Shown here in pieces: positions 27,500 to 37,084 of a stretch of 37,084 nt of DNA. This DNA is from a virus (lineage: Duplodnaviria; Caudoviricetes), in IMG/VR virus record IMGVR_UViG_3300006114_000027, positions 1 through 37,084 of that record; one strand, given 5' to 3'. The notes beneath the pieces were generated by a model. That model had not been told where the DNA came from and did not search any database. It worked only from the letters and a program-made list of their open reading frames with translations. The translations under genes were made by a program, and so were the position numbers. How positions within the stretch are numbered: the first letter of the stretch is position 1; every line of letters begins with the position of its first letter.

Positions 27500-27702
27500 T
27501 CATCAACTCCAAAATGTTTCTTAATCAAATTGTATGCTTGGCCACGACTAACCATATCACGCAACATAGGGCTTAATGCCACGCCACATTCCCTTACAAT
27601 CAACTCGGCGAACTTGACGGGATCCAACTCACCTGCCACATAGTCGCCATTGCCTTCTAAAATGGTTGCTTGGTCATACAGTTCTATAAGACGTTGGTTC
27701 AT
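27496..27702 (-). CDS. MNERI..KFAEL..HFGVE family protein (paralog 3)
   Basis: MNQRL, KFAELIVREC, HFGVDE. Confidence 0.75.
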   Translation of the reverse strand: MNQRLIELYDQATILEGNGDYVAGELDPVKFAELIVRECGVALSPMLRDMVSRGQAYNLIKKHFGVDE

Positions 27703-27818
27703 TCCACACTCTCCGTCATGTAATGAACCACAGTAAAGCCTTGCTCACGTGCTTCGTCGGCTTCGTATTCGGTATCAACTGTAAACAACAACAAGTCGCC
27801 TTCATAAATTTCCCACAT
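27699..27818 (-). CDS. 39-aa acidic protein (missing from ORF track)
   Basis: MWEIYEGDLLLFTVDTEYEADEAREQGFTVVHYMTESVE; AGGAG at 27825-29; ATGA coupling. Confidence 0.65.
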   Translation of the reverse strand: MWEIYEGDLLLFTVDTEYEADEAREQGFTVVHYMTESVE

Positions 27819-27896
27819 CGTCATCTCCTGGTAAATTAAAAAGAATAAGGACTTATTGACATTGCCTTATTGTAAAGAGTGCCCTAGCACTCGGAG

Positions 27897-28919
27897 TTAG
27901 CCTTTCAACAAACTTGTTCTAGCAAAGCCTTCCCACTTTGCAGGGAACGCCTTACGCAATTCAGCAATCTTGATCGCACTACGTAAACTGATAACTTCGC
28001 GCAATTTTGTTGCATTAGCAGTCAAGAACTCAACAACTTCGTTCTTAGCAACTGCGTCTAAGTCGTACTCGTCGAGCATGCCATCTGCAATAACCTGTTT
28101 GATACGCAACAACTTGTCACGTAAACTGTTGATTGTTAGATCCACATAGTGGCATCTAGATTGCAATGCCTCCAAGTGAGGCTTAAGAGTTTTACTCTTG
28201 CACTCTGTGAAGTTGATGTTAGTGATAAAGATTACAGCACCCTTGAAAGTAAAACTATCTGGAATACCTTCTCTGCGTAAACTGTGTGACTCCGACAACC
28301 AGCTAATTTTACGATTCTTACCTGTGTCCAATGCGCCTTTTAGCAAGTTAAGAGCAGTTTGATCATAAAAGATCTCGTCACAGTCATCAAATACAACAAC
28401 TGAGTTGGCGTCACTATATTTGTAAAGAATTTGATACAGGCCTAATGCGGTAGCTGAACCTTTTACAACTTCGGCTCTTAGACGCTTGCCTGCAATCTTG
28501 TCGAATAGTACTGCCTTCTCAACAACTTGCTCAACACCAAAACTCTTGCCTACGCCCGGAGGGCCACTAACAATCATAGCACGAATGTCGCCGTTAGTGG
28601 CAGCAGTTGCCATTTGATCCAGGATCTCGAAACGCTCTTTGATACGAACCATTACTTGTTCGTCAGTCTCGTCGACTGCAATTGCATCTGCAACGATCTC
28701 GGGAGTGGCCACTGTGTCAGTGCCGTTAACAAATTGATAGCTCATTGGACCCTCTACATTGATACGAATTACATCGCTAAAGCCGGGAAATGTATCACCG
28801 TTTTTTACAGTGACATAACCGCCCTTAGCACCTTGTTTATACTGCTCAACTAACTCAAACACTAGACCTGCACAATCGTTTTTACGATAGTTACCGGAAA
28901 CAATTTGAACTGTACTCAT
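27897..28919 (-). CDS. AAA+ ATPase (start corrected to MSTVQ)
   Basis: GPPGVGKS, VVFDDCD, FITN, ALQSRC; AAGGAG RBS; the track ATG abuts the -10 box. Confidence 0.85.
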   Translation of the reverse strand: MSTVQIVSGNYRKNDCAGLVFELVEQYKQGAKGGYVTVKNGDTFPGFSDVIRINVEGPMSYQFVNGTDTVATPEIVADAIAVDETDEQVMVRIKERFEILDQMATAATNGDIRAMIVSGPPGVGKSFGVEQVVEKAVLFDKIAGKRLRAEVVKGSATALGLYQILYKYSDANSVVVFDDCDEIFYDQTALNLLKGALDTGKNRKISWLSESHSLRREGIPDSFTFKGAVIFITNINFTECKSKTLKPHLEALQSRCHYVDLTINSLRDKLLRIKQVIADGMLDEYDLDAVAKNEVVEFLTANATKLREVISLRSAIKIAELRKAFPAKWEGFARTSLLKG

Positions 28920-29002
28920 TGCTAACTCCTTTTTATTTACTATACTCATATTATAGCAAAATTGTCATTTCTGGGCAAATTCACTGTTGTGCAAAAACAA
29001 CA
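28920..29002 (-). promoter_or_regulatory. Regulatory cassette A: palindrome + sigma70 promoter + RBS
   Basis: TGTTG-N8-CAACA 28985-29002; TTGCCC 28973-78; 17 bp; TATAAT 28950-55; AAGGAG. Confidence 0.85.
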
Positions 29003-29226
29003 TACTCGCGTCCAGCTATTTCGTAGCCGTGATCAGCATTGCCAACCACCACAAGTTTTTTACCACCGGCCGTGATGTAACCATACTCGCCCGTCGCATA
29101 AACGCCATTGGGATCGGGTACAAGGGTAACCTGGCGATTGATTTCGCAGAATCCATGTGTCCATGTGGACAGTTTCTGCTTGAAGTATTTGTCATTGTCT
29201 CTTTGGGTTACAATGATTTTTGCCAT
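28981..29226 (-). CDS. 81-aa early hypothetical protein (start MAKII)
   Basis: AAGGAG RBS; own promoter cassette. Confidence 0.75.
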   Translation of the reverse strand: MAKIIVTQRDNDKYFKQKLSTWTHGFCEINRQVTLVPDPNGVYATGEYGYITAGGKKLVVVGNADHGYEIAGREYVVFAQQ

Positions 29227-29309
29227 CGCCAACTCCTTGTTACTTACTATACTCATATTATAGCGTCTTTGCCATTTCTGGGCAAACGTGGTGTTGTGTT
29301 TTTACAACA
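29227..29309 (-). promoter_or_regulatory. Regulatory cassette B
   Basis: TGTTG-N8-CAACA 29292-29309; TTGCCC 29280-85; 17 bp; TATAAT 29257-62; AAGGAG. Confidence 0.85.
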
Positions 29310-29550
29310 AGTTAACTTGAAAATCAATCGTTTTAGCGATCATTTTGTAGTCGTATGCACGAGTTTGTCCGCCAAACCCCTCAATTTTTTCACGAGCTAT
29401 AACTTCTAAAGCATTCCAAACTGCTGCTCTTTGTTCGGTAAAACACATATTGGTCATGCCCTCAACTGTGGTCACAAAGCCCACACCGTTTACGATCACA
29501 CGAATCTTTTGACTGTTTTTGAGACCGGGGACAATTGCTTTTCTACGCAT
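29302..29550 (-). CDS. 82-aa early hypothetical protein
   Basis: AAGGAG RBS; own promoter cassette. Confidence 0.75.
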   Translation of the reverse strand: MRRKAIVPGLKNSQKIRVIVNGVGFVTTVEGMTNMCFTEQRAAVWNALEVIAREKIEGFGGQTRAYDYKMIAKTIDFQVNLL

Positions 29551-29634
29551 TTTTTAACTCCTTATTACTTACTATACTTCTATTATAGCAAAATGCTCAT
29601 TTCTGAGCAAATTGCTTGTTGTTATTTTGCAACA
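29551..29634 (-). promoter_or_regulatory. Regulatory cassette C
   Basis: TGTTG-N8-CAACA 29617-29634; TTGCTC 29605-10; 17 bp; TATAAT 29582-87; AAGGAG. Confidence 0.85.
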
Positions 29635-29867
29635 AACTGTACGTCTGCAAAATTGTACTTTTTACGCATAGATTCTACTTGCAAAGGTACAAGTTCTGCA
29701 TTAAAAGATTCTAGCGGAATGTGCATACGATACGGAGCTGTAGTAACTTTAATTGCACGATATGTATCTGCAATTAAGAGATAGTTAACAGGCTCATCGC
29801 TATAAGGACGCTTTACGAGCACAAGTTTTACAAAAAGAGTTGAGGGGGAAATTGATGTGTAACGCAT
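29622..29867 (-). CDS. 81-aa early hypothetical protein (start MRYTS)
   Basis: AAGGAG RBS; own promoter cassette. Confidence 0.72.
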   Translation of the reverse strand: MRYTSISPSTLFVKLVLVKRPYSDEPVNYLLIADTYRAIKVTTAPYRMHIPLESFNAELVPLQVESMRKKYNFADVQFVAK

Positions 29868-29950
29868 TACTAACTCCTTTTTATTTACTATACTCATATT
29901 ATAGCGACTTTGCCATTTTTGGACAAATTGACGGGTGCATAGAAACAACA
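29868..29950 (-). promoter_or_regulatory. Regulatory cassette D (one palindrome half degenerate)
   Basis: GGGTG-N8-CAACA 29933-29950; TTGTCC 29921-26; 17 bp; TATAAT 29898-903; AAGGAG. Confidence 0.8.
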
Positions 29951-29975
29951 AAGAAAAAGCCCGCCGAAGCGGGCT
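29951..29975 (-). terminator. Rho-independent terminator with cUUCGg tetraloop
   Basis: AGCCCGC-TTCG-GCGGGCT-TTTTCTT after groEL. Confidence 0.9.
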
Positions 29976-29993
29976 GGTTAGTGTACACTAACT

Positions 29994-31613
<1,620 letters not shown>

Positions 31614-31624
31614 TTATATCCTCC

Positions 31625-31915
31625 TTATTTGATAATAGCTAGTACGTCTTCTTCTTTGAGGATTAGTAATTCCTCATTGTTGACTTTGACAGTTTGTCCA
31701 GAAAACTTTCCAAACAGTACACGGTCATTGACTTTAACGTCAAGTGCTACTAGTTCCCCGTGTTCGTTGCGTTTGCCTGGGCCAACTGCAAGTACTGTGC
31801 CTTGATCAGCTTTTTCGGCGGCTGTGTCTGGTATTACGATGCCACCCTTAGTTACAGCTTCACTGTCAACTCGGCGAACTACAACCCTATCAGATAGCGG
31901 TCTTAGATTCATCAT
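31625..31915 (-). CDS. groES: Co-chaperonin GroES
   Basis: [23 protein letters not shown]. Confidence 0.97.
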   Translation of the reverse strand: MMNLRPLSDRVVVRRVDSEAVTKGGIVIPDTAAEKADQGTVLAVGPGKRNEHGELVALDVKVNDRVLFGKFSGQTVKVNNEELLILKEEDVLAIIK

Positions 31916-31945
31916 ATGAAACTCCTTTGTTTAAAATTAATGTGT

Positions 31946-31998
31946 ATTATATAATAGAAAAGTAGATCTGTCTACGACACAATCTACATTTTTATTTA
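31946..31998 (-). promoter_or_regulatory. groES promoter region: sigma70-type plus possible late motif
   Basis: TAGACA (31969-74)-17 bp-TATAAT (31946-51); TAAATA at 31993-98. Confidence 0.6.
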
Positions 31999-32017
31999 TT
32001 TTTGATGGAAATTTAGC

Positions 32018-32043
32018 CAAAGAAAAGCCACTCAAAAGTGGCT
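32018..32043 (-). terminator. Rho-independent terminator
   Basis: AGCCACT-TTTG-AGTGGCT-TTTCTTT. Confidence 0.8.
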
Positions 32044-32049
32044 ATATAA

Positions 32050-32388
32050 TTACGCCGATTTGTTTTCTAGAACAAACGGTGTTGGTGCTGCGGGAGGTGT
32101 TGTTGCAATTCTTACTGCCTCTTTAACTTGGGCTATAACATCTACGCCCACCGCAGGTATTGCTCCTGCGCCTTGTGCAAAAATTGTTAATTTTTCACCG
32201 CCACCTGGGGGTTCATTTTTTACAACATCAAACAAAACAGGAAACGTACTCATTCCATGTGCGCTAACTCTTGCGCCATGCTCTTGATTCTCATTAACAT
32301 AAAAAATATCAATATCAAGATTGGTCGCGTCAAGCCAAGTTCTTAATGCTAGATATTCTTCGCCATCTTTAATATAAATGTATACCAT
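32050..32388 (-). CDS. Cys-less glutaredoxin/NrdH-like protein
   Basis: VYIYIKDG...WLD...GMSTFPVLF pattern without CxxC; TAAATA at 32410-15. Confidence 0.45.
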   Translation of the reverse strand: MVYIYIKDGEEYLALRTWLDATNLDIDIFYVNENQEHGARVSAHGMSTFPVLFDVVKNEPPGGGEKLTIFAQGAGAIPAVGVDVIAQVKEAVRIATTPPAAPTPFVLENKSA

Positions 32389-32421
32389 AATATTTTCCTA
32401 CTATAAATTTATTTACCAAAT

Positions 32422-33198
32422 TTAAAAATACTGACAGTTTGTCCTTGGAAAAAAGCACTCGTTTTGCTGTAGTGGTTTAATCTTTATTGTTTCAAGTACA
32501 GTACTTTTACCTAGGCCCATTGCAAGACTATAAACAAAATTTTGGTTTGCTACCACTAGATCTGCGCCAGCAACTATACCTGCAAGCTCCAAAAAGTCGC
32601 CTACGGGACGATAAGGGATATTAACTTTGGTTGAGTTAACATAATCCTCGTGTTCACTTTTGGTTCCTACAAATATGCCATTGTTTTCTAGATCAGCATC
32701 TTGAGCCATTTGCATGTGAGTAGCAGTAGCCATTGGCTCTGTGCTACGGTATCTAGCAGTTCTGCTCACCACAATTGGTTTTGTTTTAATAGGGTCTGCT
32801 TCCAACCACGGAGTGTCATAATCACTCATTGTAAATGGTAGATTAAATGCAAGGTGGTAGGCCTGTACATAGTTGCCTTCAAAACCTCTAAACAGTGTGC
32901 CCCTAAACCGGTCCAAGTCCACATCGGGCTCGGGTGTGCCCTGTGTCCATGTGCCCGAGTAATGTATGTAGGATTGACGATTAAGTAATGGCTTTAACCA
33001 CTCGTAGTCTTGGTAAGTAAATCTACCTCGGTGTGCGGGATCAACTTCATCGGGTCTGTATCCATATTGTGCAACACAATTTTCAATATTATTAAGTGCA
33101 ACTAAAAATACGGCATTATTCTCCACGGCCATTTTCTTAACTATGGCAAGACTATAAATTAAGTCGCCTAGTGTTCCCGAATGTCTATATGTTTTCAT
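32422..33198 (-). CDS. GT9-like glycosyltransferase
   Basis: GTLGDLIYSL; LELAGIVAGADLVVAN...SLAMGLGK. Confidence 0.6.
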   Translation of the reverse strand: MKTYRHSGTLGDLIYSLAIVKKMAVENNAVFLVALNNIENCVAQYGYRPDEVDPAHRGRFTYQDYEWLKPLLNRQSYIHYSGTWTQGTPEPDVDLDRFRGTLFRGFEGNYVQAYHLAFNLPFTMSDYDTPWLEADPIKTKPIVVSRTARYRSTEPMATATHMQMAQDADLENNGIFVGTKSEHEDYVNSTKVNIPYRPVGDFLELAGIVAGADLVVANQNFVYSLAMGLGKSTVLETIKIKPLQQNECFFPRTNCQYF

Positions 33199-34064
33199 AA
33201 TGTTTTTAGTATTGCCGATGCTATTGCACTGGCATCAAAGTTTTTGGTACAGGGAAAATTGGTTTTTTCACAAACAATTTGTCTAATAGGTCTAGCTTGT
33301 CTATCATTGCATCCTGCACAATCTTCTTGAGTTTGTATTGCAGTCGCATTATACATATAGTCACGTCGTCTCTCGGGCATGATACGCTCAGGCAGTAGAT
33401 GTGTTAACACTCCAATTATGTGTGTTCGACTTGCAGCCGCACACCAAAACGGGCCGCTGTCAATGCCCACGAAGCACTGTGCATGGTCACACAAGGCTTT
33501 TATCTGTTGGCTAGTTCGGTTACGTGCATCAATGAAATTAGGGTGTTCAATGTAGTGATCGGTAGCACCGCCCACACAAACCACTTTGATGTCAGGGCGT
33601 TGTTCAAACACTTGAGCAAATACGTCAAACCAAACTTGTAAATCAATATTTTTTGCTTGCCAATGCCAATTGCGTAAATGAACCACAATGTAGTTGCCGT
33701 CAATGGCCGTAGCATCTTCTGCGGTATCAAATAGCTCAACACTTTTATCAAGTTGCATACCACCAAACACATGATAATAGTAACTGTCTAAGTAACTGGT
33801 ATAACTGTTGTACTCGTATGCATCATCTAGATTATAGTAAATGTCATAACGATTGTTTACAGGAGGAATTTGGTCCACTGGAAACACATTTCTAATATGT
33901 GGATTGTTTTTATATACTCCAGCATAGTCTGTAGCCACATCAATATTTGCGTTGGATCCATATCGTTTCTTTAATTCTCTTACTACTCCAGTGGTCATAA
34001 TAACATCGCCAATACTGGCACGACGTTGCACTAGTATATTCAATGGGTTGGCTAATTTAATCAC
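33195..34064 (-). CDS. GT9 (heptosyltransferase-family) glycosyltransferase
   Basis: SIGDVIMTT, NNPHI, VGIDSGP. Confidence 0.8.
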   Translation of the reverse strand: MIKLANPLNILVQRRASIGDVIMTTGVVRELKKRYGSNANIDVATDYAGVYKNNPHIRNVFPVDQIPPVNNRYDIYYNLDDAYEYNSYTSYLDSYYYHVFGGMQLDKSVELFDTAEDATAIDGNYIVVHLRNWHWQAKNIDLQVWFDVFAQVFEQRPDIKVVCVGGATDHYIEHPNFIDARNRTSQQIKALCDHAQCFVGIDSGPFWCAAASRTHIIGVLTHLLPERIMPERRRDYMYNATAIQTQEDCAGCNDRQARPIRQIVCEKTNFPCTKNFDASAIASAILKTL

Positions 34065-34773
34065 TTACTACTGCTCCATTGGGGCCAATGTTGCCTTCAA
34101 GTCCCACTTTGGCGACTTCTAGTATCAAGTCGGCAGGCAAGAACTTGTAGAGCATGTGCTCAATGTCACAGTAACCACCTTGGCTTAAACGTTCGGCCAT
34201 GTAGTTGAGTCCTGCATCATATACTTCGTCCATGATGCGTTGTGTGATGTTTGCTGGCCAACTCCAAAGTCGGCTCATGTATTGATATTCCACCAGCGTA
34301 ACTGCATGAGGAAATTGACTTGTGTGTTTGTGTGTTGTAACAATACTGTGCGGAGCCATAACGTATTGTGCTGGATCAAAGTTGTCATTTAGTCTATAAC
34401 GTCCCGACATTTTGAATACACGGTCAACGTCATCAAATAAATTATAATCCAAACAATGTTGCAATGCACGTCTAAAGCACATTACTTCTGTGGTATTTTT
34501 AACCACGTCCCAGTTGTCTGATACAAATATAGCCTTAACATCTTCATCATCATTGTAGCTGATAATTTCATCCACTTCAGCTTTAAGAATTGTTTCCTGT
34601 TCTGCGGTTAGTGGTATGGCACTACATTCTACTAAAATAATTTGAGAGTTGGGTGCGTATTTTTTAATACTGTTTGTTGTTTCCAGCGTTTGTTTGAGTC
34701 TAGTGTCTGTGTCGTAAACGCCAAACTTGGTGTTAATGGCGCTGGTTACCATGAATGCGAATTTGTGTGTCAT
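34057..34773 (-). CDS. Hypothetical protein, probable GT-A-like
   Basis: VTSAI...R..QT...ILVECS, FKMSGRY, DIEH; cluster context. Confidence 0.55.
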   Translation of the reverse strand: MTHKFAFMVTSAINTKFGVYDTDTRLKQTLETTNSIKKYAPNSQIILVECSAIPLTAEQETILKAEVDEIISYNDDEDVKAIFVSDNWDVVKNTTEVMCFRRALQHCLDYNLFDDVDRVFKMSGRYRLNDNFDPAQYVMAPHSIVTTHKHTSQFPHAVTLVEYQYMSRLWSWPANITQRIMDEVYDAGLNYMAERLSQGGYCDIEHMLYKFLPADLILEVAKVGLEGNIGPNGAVVSD

Positions 34774-34778
34774 AGTTG

Positions 34779-35630
34779 TTAATTATAAGGATATGGTGGT
34801 AAGAAGTCAAGAGCATTTGCAACTGGATTAGCCAAAACCCAATTTTGATATTTGGCAGTTTGCATTTGCTTGGGAAAGTAGTTGTCAAACTCAACAATTT
34901 TATACTGATTGGTACTTGAACGATCCCATTCTTTGCCTTCTTTGATGCTGGCTTCTACATCAATTTGAGCAATGAAGTCGGGCCTATTGACTTCTTGATG
35001 ACTGAAGTTTTGAGCTTTGTCTATGAGCATTTCTTTGTTTCCCAAATAGCCAAAATGCCACCCAGCATGTTCAACAAGCTCACATCCCTCATTGCTATAT
35101 TGGTAAGGGGAGCCAAAGAAATTAAATCTTAATCCACGTAGTGTGTTGGGATCAATTTCGTCAAATACAGTTTTACGTGCAGCCATTGCCCAAACATCAT
35201 ACTCACCGGGATGGACTCGCATATAATTAAATTTAAAATTATACAATGGCATACGCAATGCAAATATTGTTTGCTCACTGCCGCGCATTTTGTCAATTGC
35301 CTCCGGACGAGGAATTTCGTCACAGTCCGAAATAATAATGATGTCATCGGGTTCAGCATCTACAATACCTCTCAATATTGAATTGCGTTGATGATTTTCA
35401 TTGACCCAAGGATTAATACTGTTAGGCATGTCGTCTACTTGGATATAAGTTATTTTGTCTGCGTACTCGGGATAGTTTGCAATATCAAAGTTCCAGGGTT
35501 TGGCATTATTTGTAAAGGTTTGGTTAGACTCTACAATGACAAAGCGATCCACTTTCGTGTATAATTCAGCTAAACGGATAGCAAGTAAATCAAATTCGTT
35601 ATAAAATGTAAAACAATCGTATATTTTCAT
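34779..35630 (-). CDS. GT17-family (GlcNAc-transferase-like) glycosyltransferase (start MKIYDCF)
   Basis: IYDCFTFYNEFDLL, IVESNQTF, ISDCDEIP, GWHFGY. Confidence 0.85.
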   Translation of the reverse strand: MKIYDCFTFYNEFDLLAIRLAELYTKVDRFVIVESNQTFTNNAKPWNFDIANYPEYADKITYIQVDDMPNSINPWVNENHQRNSILRGIVDAEPDDIIIISDCDEIPRPEAIDKMRGSEQTIFALRMPLYNFKFNYMRVHPGEYDVWAMAARKTVFDEIDPNTLRGLRFNFFGSPYQYSNEGCELVEHAGWHFGYLGNKEMLIDKAQNFSHQEVNRPDFIAQIDVEASIKEGKEWDRSSTNQYKIVEFDNYFPKQMQTAKYQNWVLANPVANALDFLPPYPYN

Positions 35631-35634
35631 TGAG

Positions 35635-35653
35635 TATTTAAGCACGATAAATA
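35635..35653. promoter_or_regulatory. Back-to-back late-type promoters
   Basis: TAAATA on - at 35635-40 and on + at 35648-53 at the divergence point of the GT cluster. Confidence 0.55.
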
Positions 35654-35678
35654 CTTGACATAAAATTTCAAGGATACC

Positions 35679-36320
35679 ATGCACGCCGTAGCTTCAATTA
35701 ATTTGGATAATTACCAAGACCTCGCTGACTTAACCGACGCACCCAAACAAGAATACTGTGATCGTTATGGATACAAGTTTTTTGTTCTTAAAGAAAAAAA
35801 GTACAGTGAATGTATGGGCTTTAACAAAATTGGGTTCGTACTTGATTTATTTGAGCGGTATCCGGACATAGACTGGTTGTTATTTTCAGAATGTGATGCT
35901 ACAATCACTAACTTAACCATTTGTATAGAAGATAAGATTGATAATGACTATCACATTATTATTCCTGTTGATAGATTAAACATTAATGCTGGAAATTTCT
36001 TGGTACGTAATACAGAACAAGGACGTGCATACTTGCAAATGATTATGGCAGCAGAGCCCGCTTATCGAGATCATGAATGGGCCGAGCAGCAGGTTATTAT
36101 TGATACTATAGACGAATACATTGATATAGTTAAAATTGTTCCGCAAAAGTATATGAATAGTTATATACAAGCTCCATATGACTATTGCGATGTACGCACA
36201 GACGTATTGGGCAATAGTGGGGAGTGGACAAGTGGAGATTGGATAGTGCACTGGCCAGGATTGCATAAGCCATTGCGTATGGATCAAGCACAAAAAATGT
36301 TAACACAAATAGTTAGATGA
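35679..36320 (+). CDS. GT34-like galactosyl/xylosyltransferase
   Basis: K.EYC.RYGY, WLLFSECDA, INAGNFLVRNT, AEQ, IVHWPG; AGGA RBS. Confidence 0.75.
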   Translation: MHAVASINLDNYQDLADLTDAPKQEYCDRYGYKFFVLKEKKYSECMGFNKIGFVLDLFERYPDIDWLLFSECDATITNLTICIEDKIDNDYHIIIPVDRLNINAGNFLVRNTEQGRAYLQMIMAAEPAYRDHEWAEQQVIIDTIDEYIDIVKIVPQKYMNSYIQAPYDYCDVRTDVLGNSGEWTSGDWIVHWPGLHKPLRMDQAQKMLTQIVR

Positions 36321-37084
36321 AAATATTAATCACTGGCACCACAGGCTTTTTGGGACGTAGCCTCCGAGAGCATTTTGTAGATCAAGGACACCAAGTTATA
36401 GAATATCGCCGCGGTAGCGTTGGTCTTGACAATATTATACATGGACATACTCCTGATGTAATGATACATTGCGCCGGGGAAATATATGAGGCTAAAAATA
36501 TGTTTCGCACCAATGTTGAAATGGTACAAGGCATACTTGAATCAATCAAATCACACAGTCCAAAAACACGGCTAATACAAATTGGTAGTAGTAGTGAATA
36601 TGGGCCAATGCCAAGAGCAAGTGCAGAAACAGATAGAATCAATCCACAAAACTTGTACGAGGCCACTAAAGGTGCCGCTACGTTACTATGCCAAGGCTAT
36701 GCTAGGCAGTACAATTTAGACGTATGTGTGGCAAGAATTTACAGTGGTTATGGCGCCTATGAGCGCGAAAGACGCTTGTTTCCCACACTATATCGCGCCT
36801 TTTTTCAAGACGAACCCATGGAACTTTATGACGGTGTTCACGATTTCATTTATATAGATGACTTTGTTCGTGGCATAGACATATTGGTTAACAAAGGATT
36901 TGTGCAAGGCGATATCATTAACTTTGGTAGTGGTGTGCAACACAGAAATATTACTGTATTAAAAATATGGGAAATGGTTACCGGGCACTCTGCTCCAGTA
37001 ACCTATCACAATCGCTATTTACGTGCACATGATACTACATTTTGGCAGTGCGATACTGCTTATGCCGAAAAGCAATATGGATTT
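36317..37084 (+). CDS. NAD-dependent epimerase/dehydratase (partial; missing from ORF track)
   Basis: Manual translation MKILITGTTGFLG...GSSSEYG...YEATK...DFIYIDD; ATGA overlap; runs off right edge. Confidence 0.9.
   Translation, partial: MKILITGTTGFLGRSLREHFVDQGHQVIEYRRGSVGLDNIIHGHTPDVMIHCAGEIYEAKNMFRTNVEMVQGILESIKSHSPKTRLIQIGSSSEYGPMPRASAETDRINPQNLYEATKGAATLLCQGYARQYNLDVCVARIYSGYGAYERERRLFPTLYRAFFQDEPMELYDGVHDFIYIDDFVRGIDILVNKGFVQGDIINFGSGVQHRNITVLKIWEMVTGHSAPVTYHNRYLRAHDTTFWQCDTAYAEKQYGF

Noticed and set aside
27877-27900. CIRCE-like sequence (tagcactc / gagtgc)
   Set aside because: Half-sites are in the wrong order and spacing for TTAGCACTC-N9-GAGTGCTAA, and it is not upstream of groES.
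28920-29950. CRISPR array interpretation of the repeats
   Set aside because: Repeats are ~83 bp degenerate promoters and the spacers are ~240-bp coding genes; no cas genes.
28920-29951. Shared N-terminal peptide MSIV(N/S)xKEL in three track ORFs
   Set aside because: Artefact of translating the repeated leader; that ATG abuts the -10 box, and the real starts follow AAGGAG.
35655-35660. TTGACA on the + strand
   Set aside because: No -10 element at 16-18 bp spacing before the gene start.
36326-36666. Two - strand ORFs at the right edge
   Set aside because: Shadows of the + strand NAD-dependent epimerase that runs off the window.

Overview
A 37 kb AT-rich segment of a large tailed dsDNA phage, with almost all genes on the - strand. 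It has a T4-like head/replication gene set but a family C polymerase core. From left to right: (i) late genes with a recurring TAAATA upstream motif, including probable internal head proteins, an XhlA/holin-like gene, a KxDG ligase-fold protein and a PolX-type nucleotidyltransferase; (ii) radical SAM, helicase and primase; (iii) a tail module: BppU-like protein, Mtd_N tail fiber and an S53 protease with a Trp-rich C-terminus; (iv) a 191-aa miniature DnaE, a gp62-like clamp-loader subunit and a UvsW-like helicase, interleaved with three SGNH-like genes, a PIG-L deacetylase, a GT10-like gene and an HNH/NUMOD3 endonuclease that left a recoded duplication of the helicase 3' end; (v) an early region of small ORFs headed by four tandem ~83-bp cassettes (palindrome + sigma70 promoter + RBS), each fronting a different gene; (vi) a betaproteobacterial-type groES-groEL; (vii) a divergent glycosyltransferase/epimerase cluster. 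I saw no tRNA, rRNA or CRISPR array. All product calls come from motif recognition by eye; no database searches were run.
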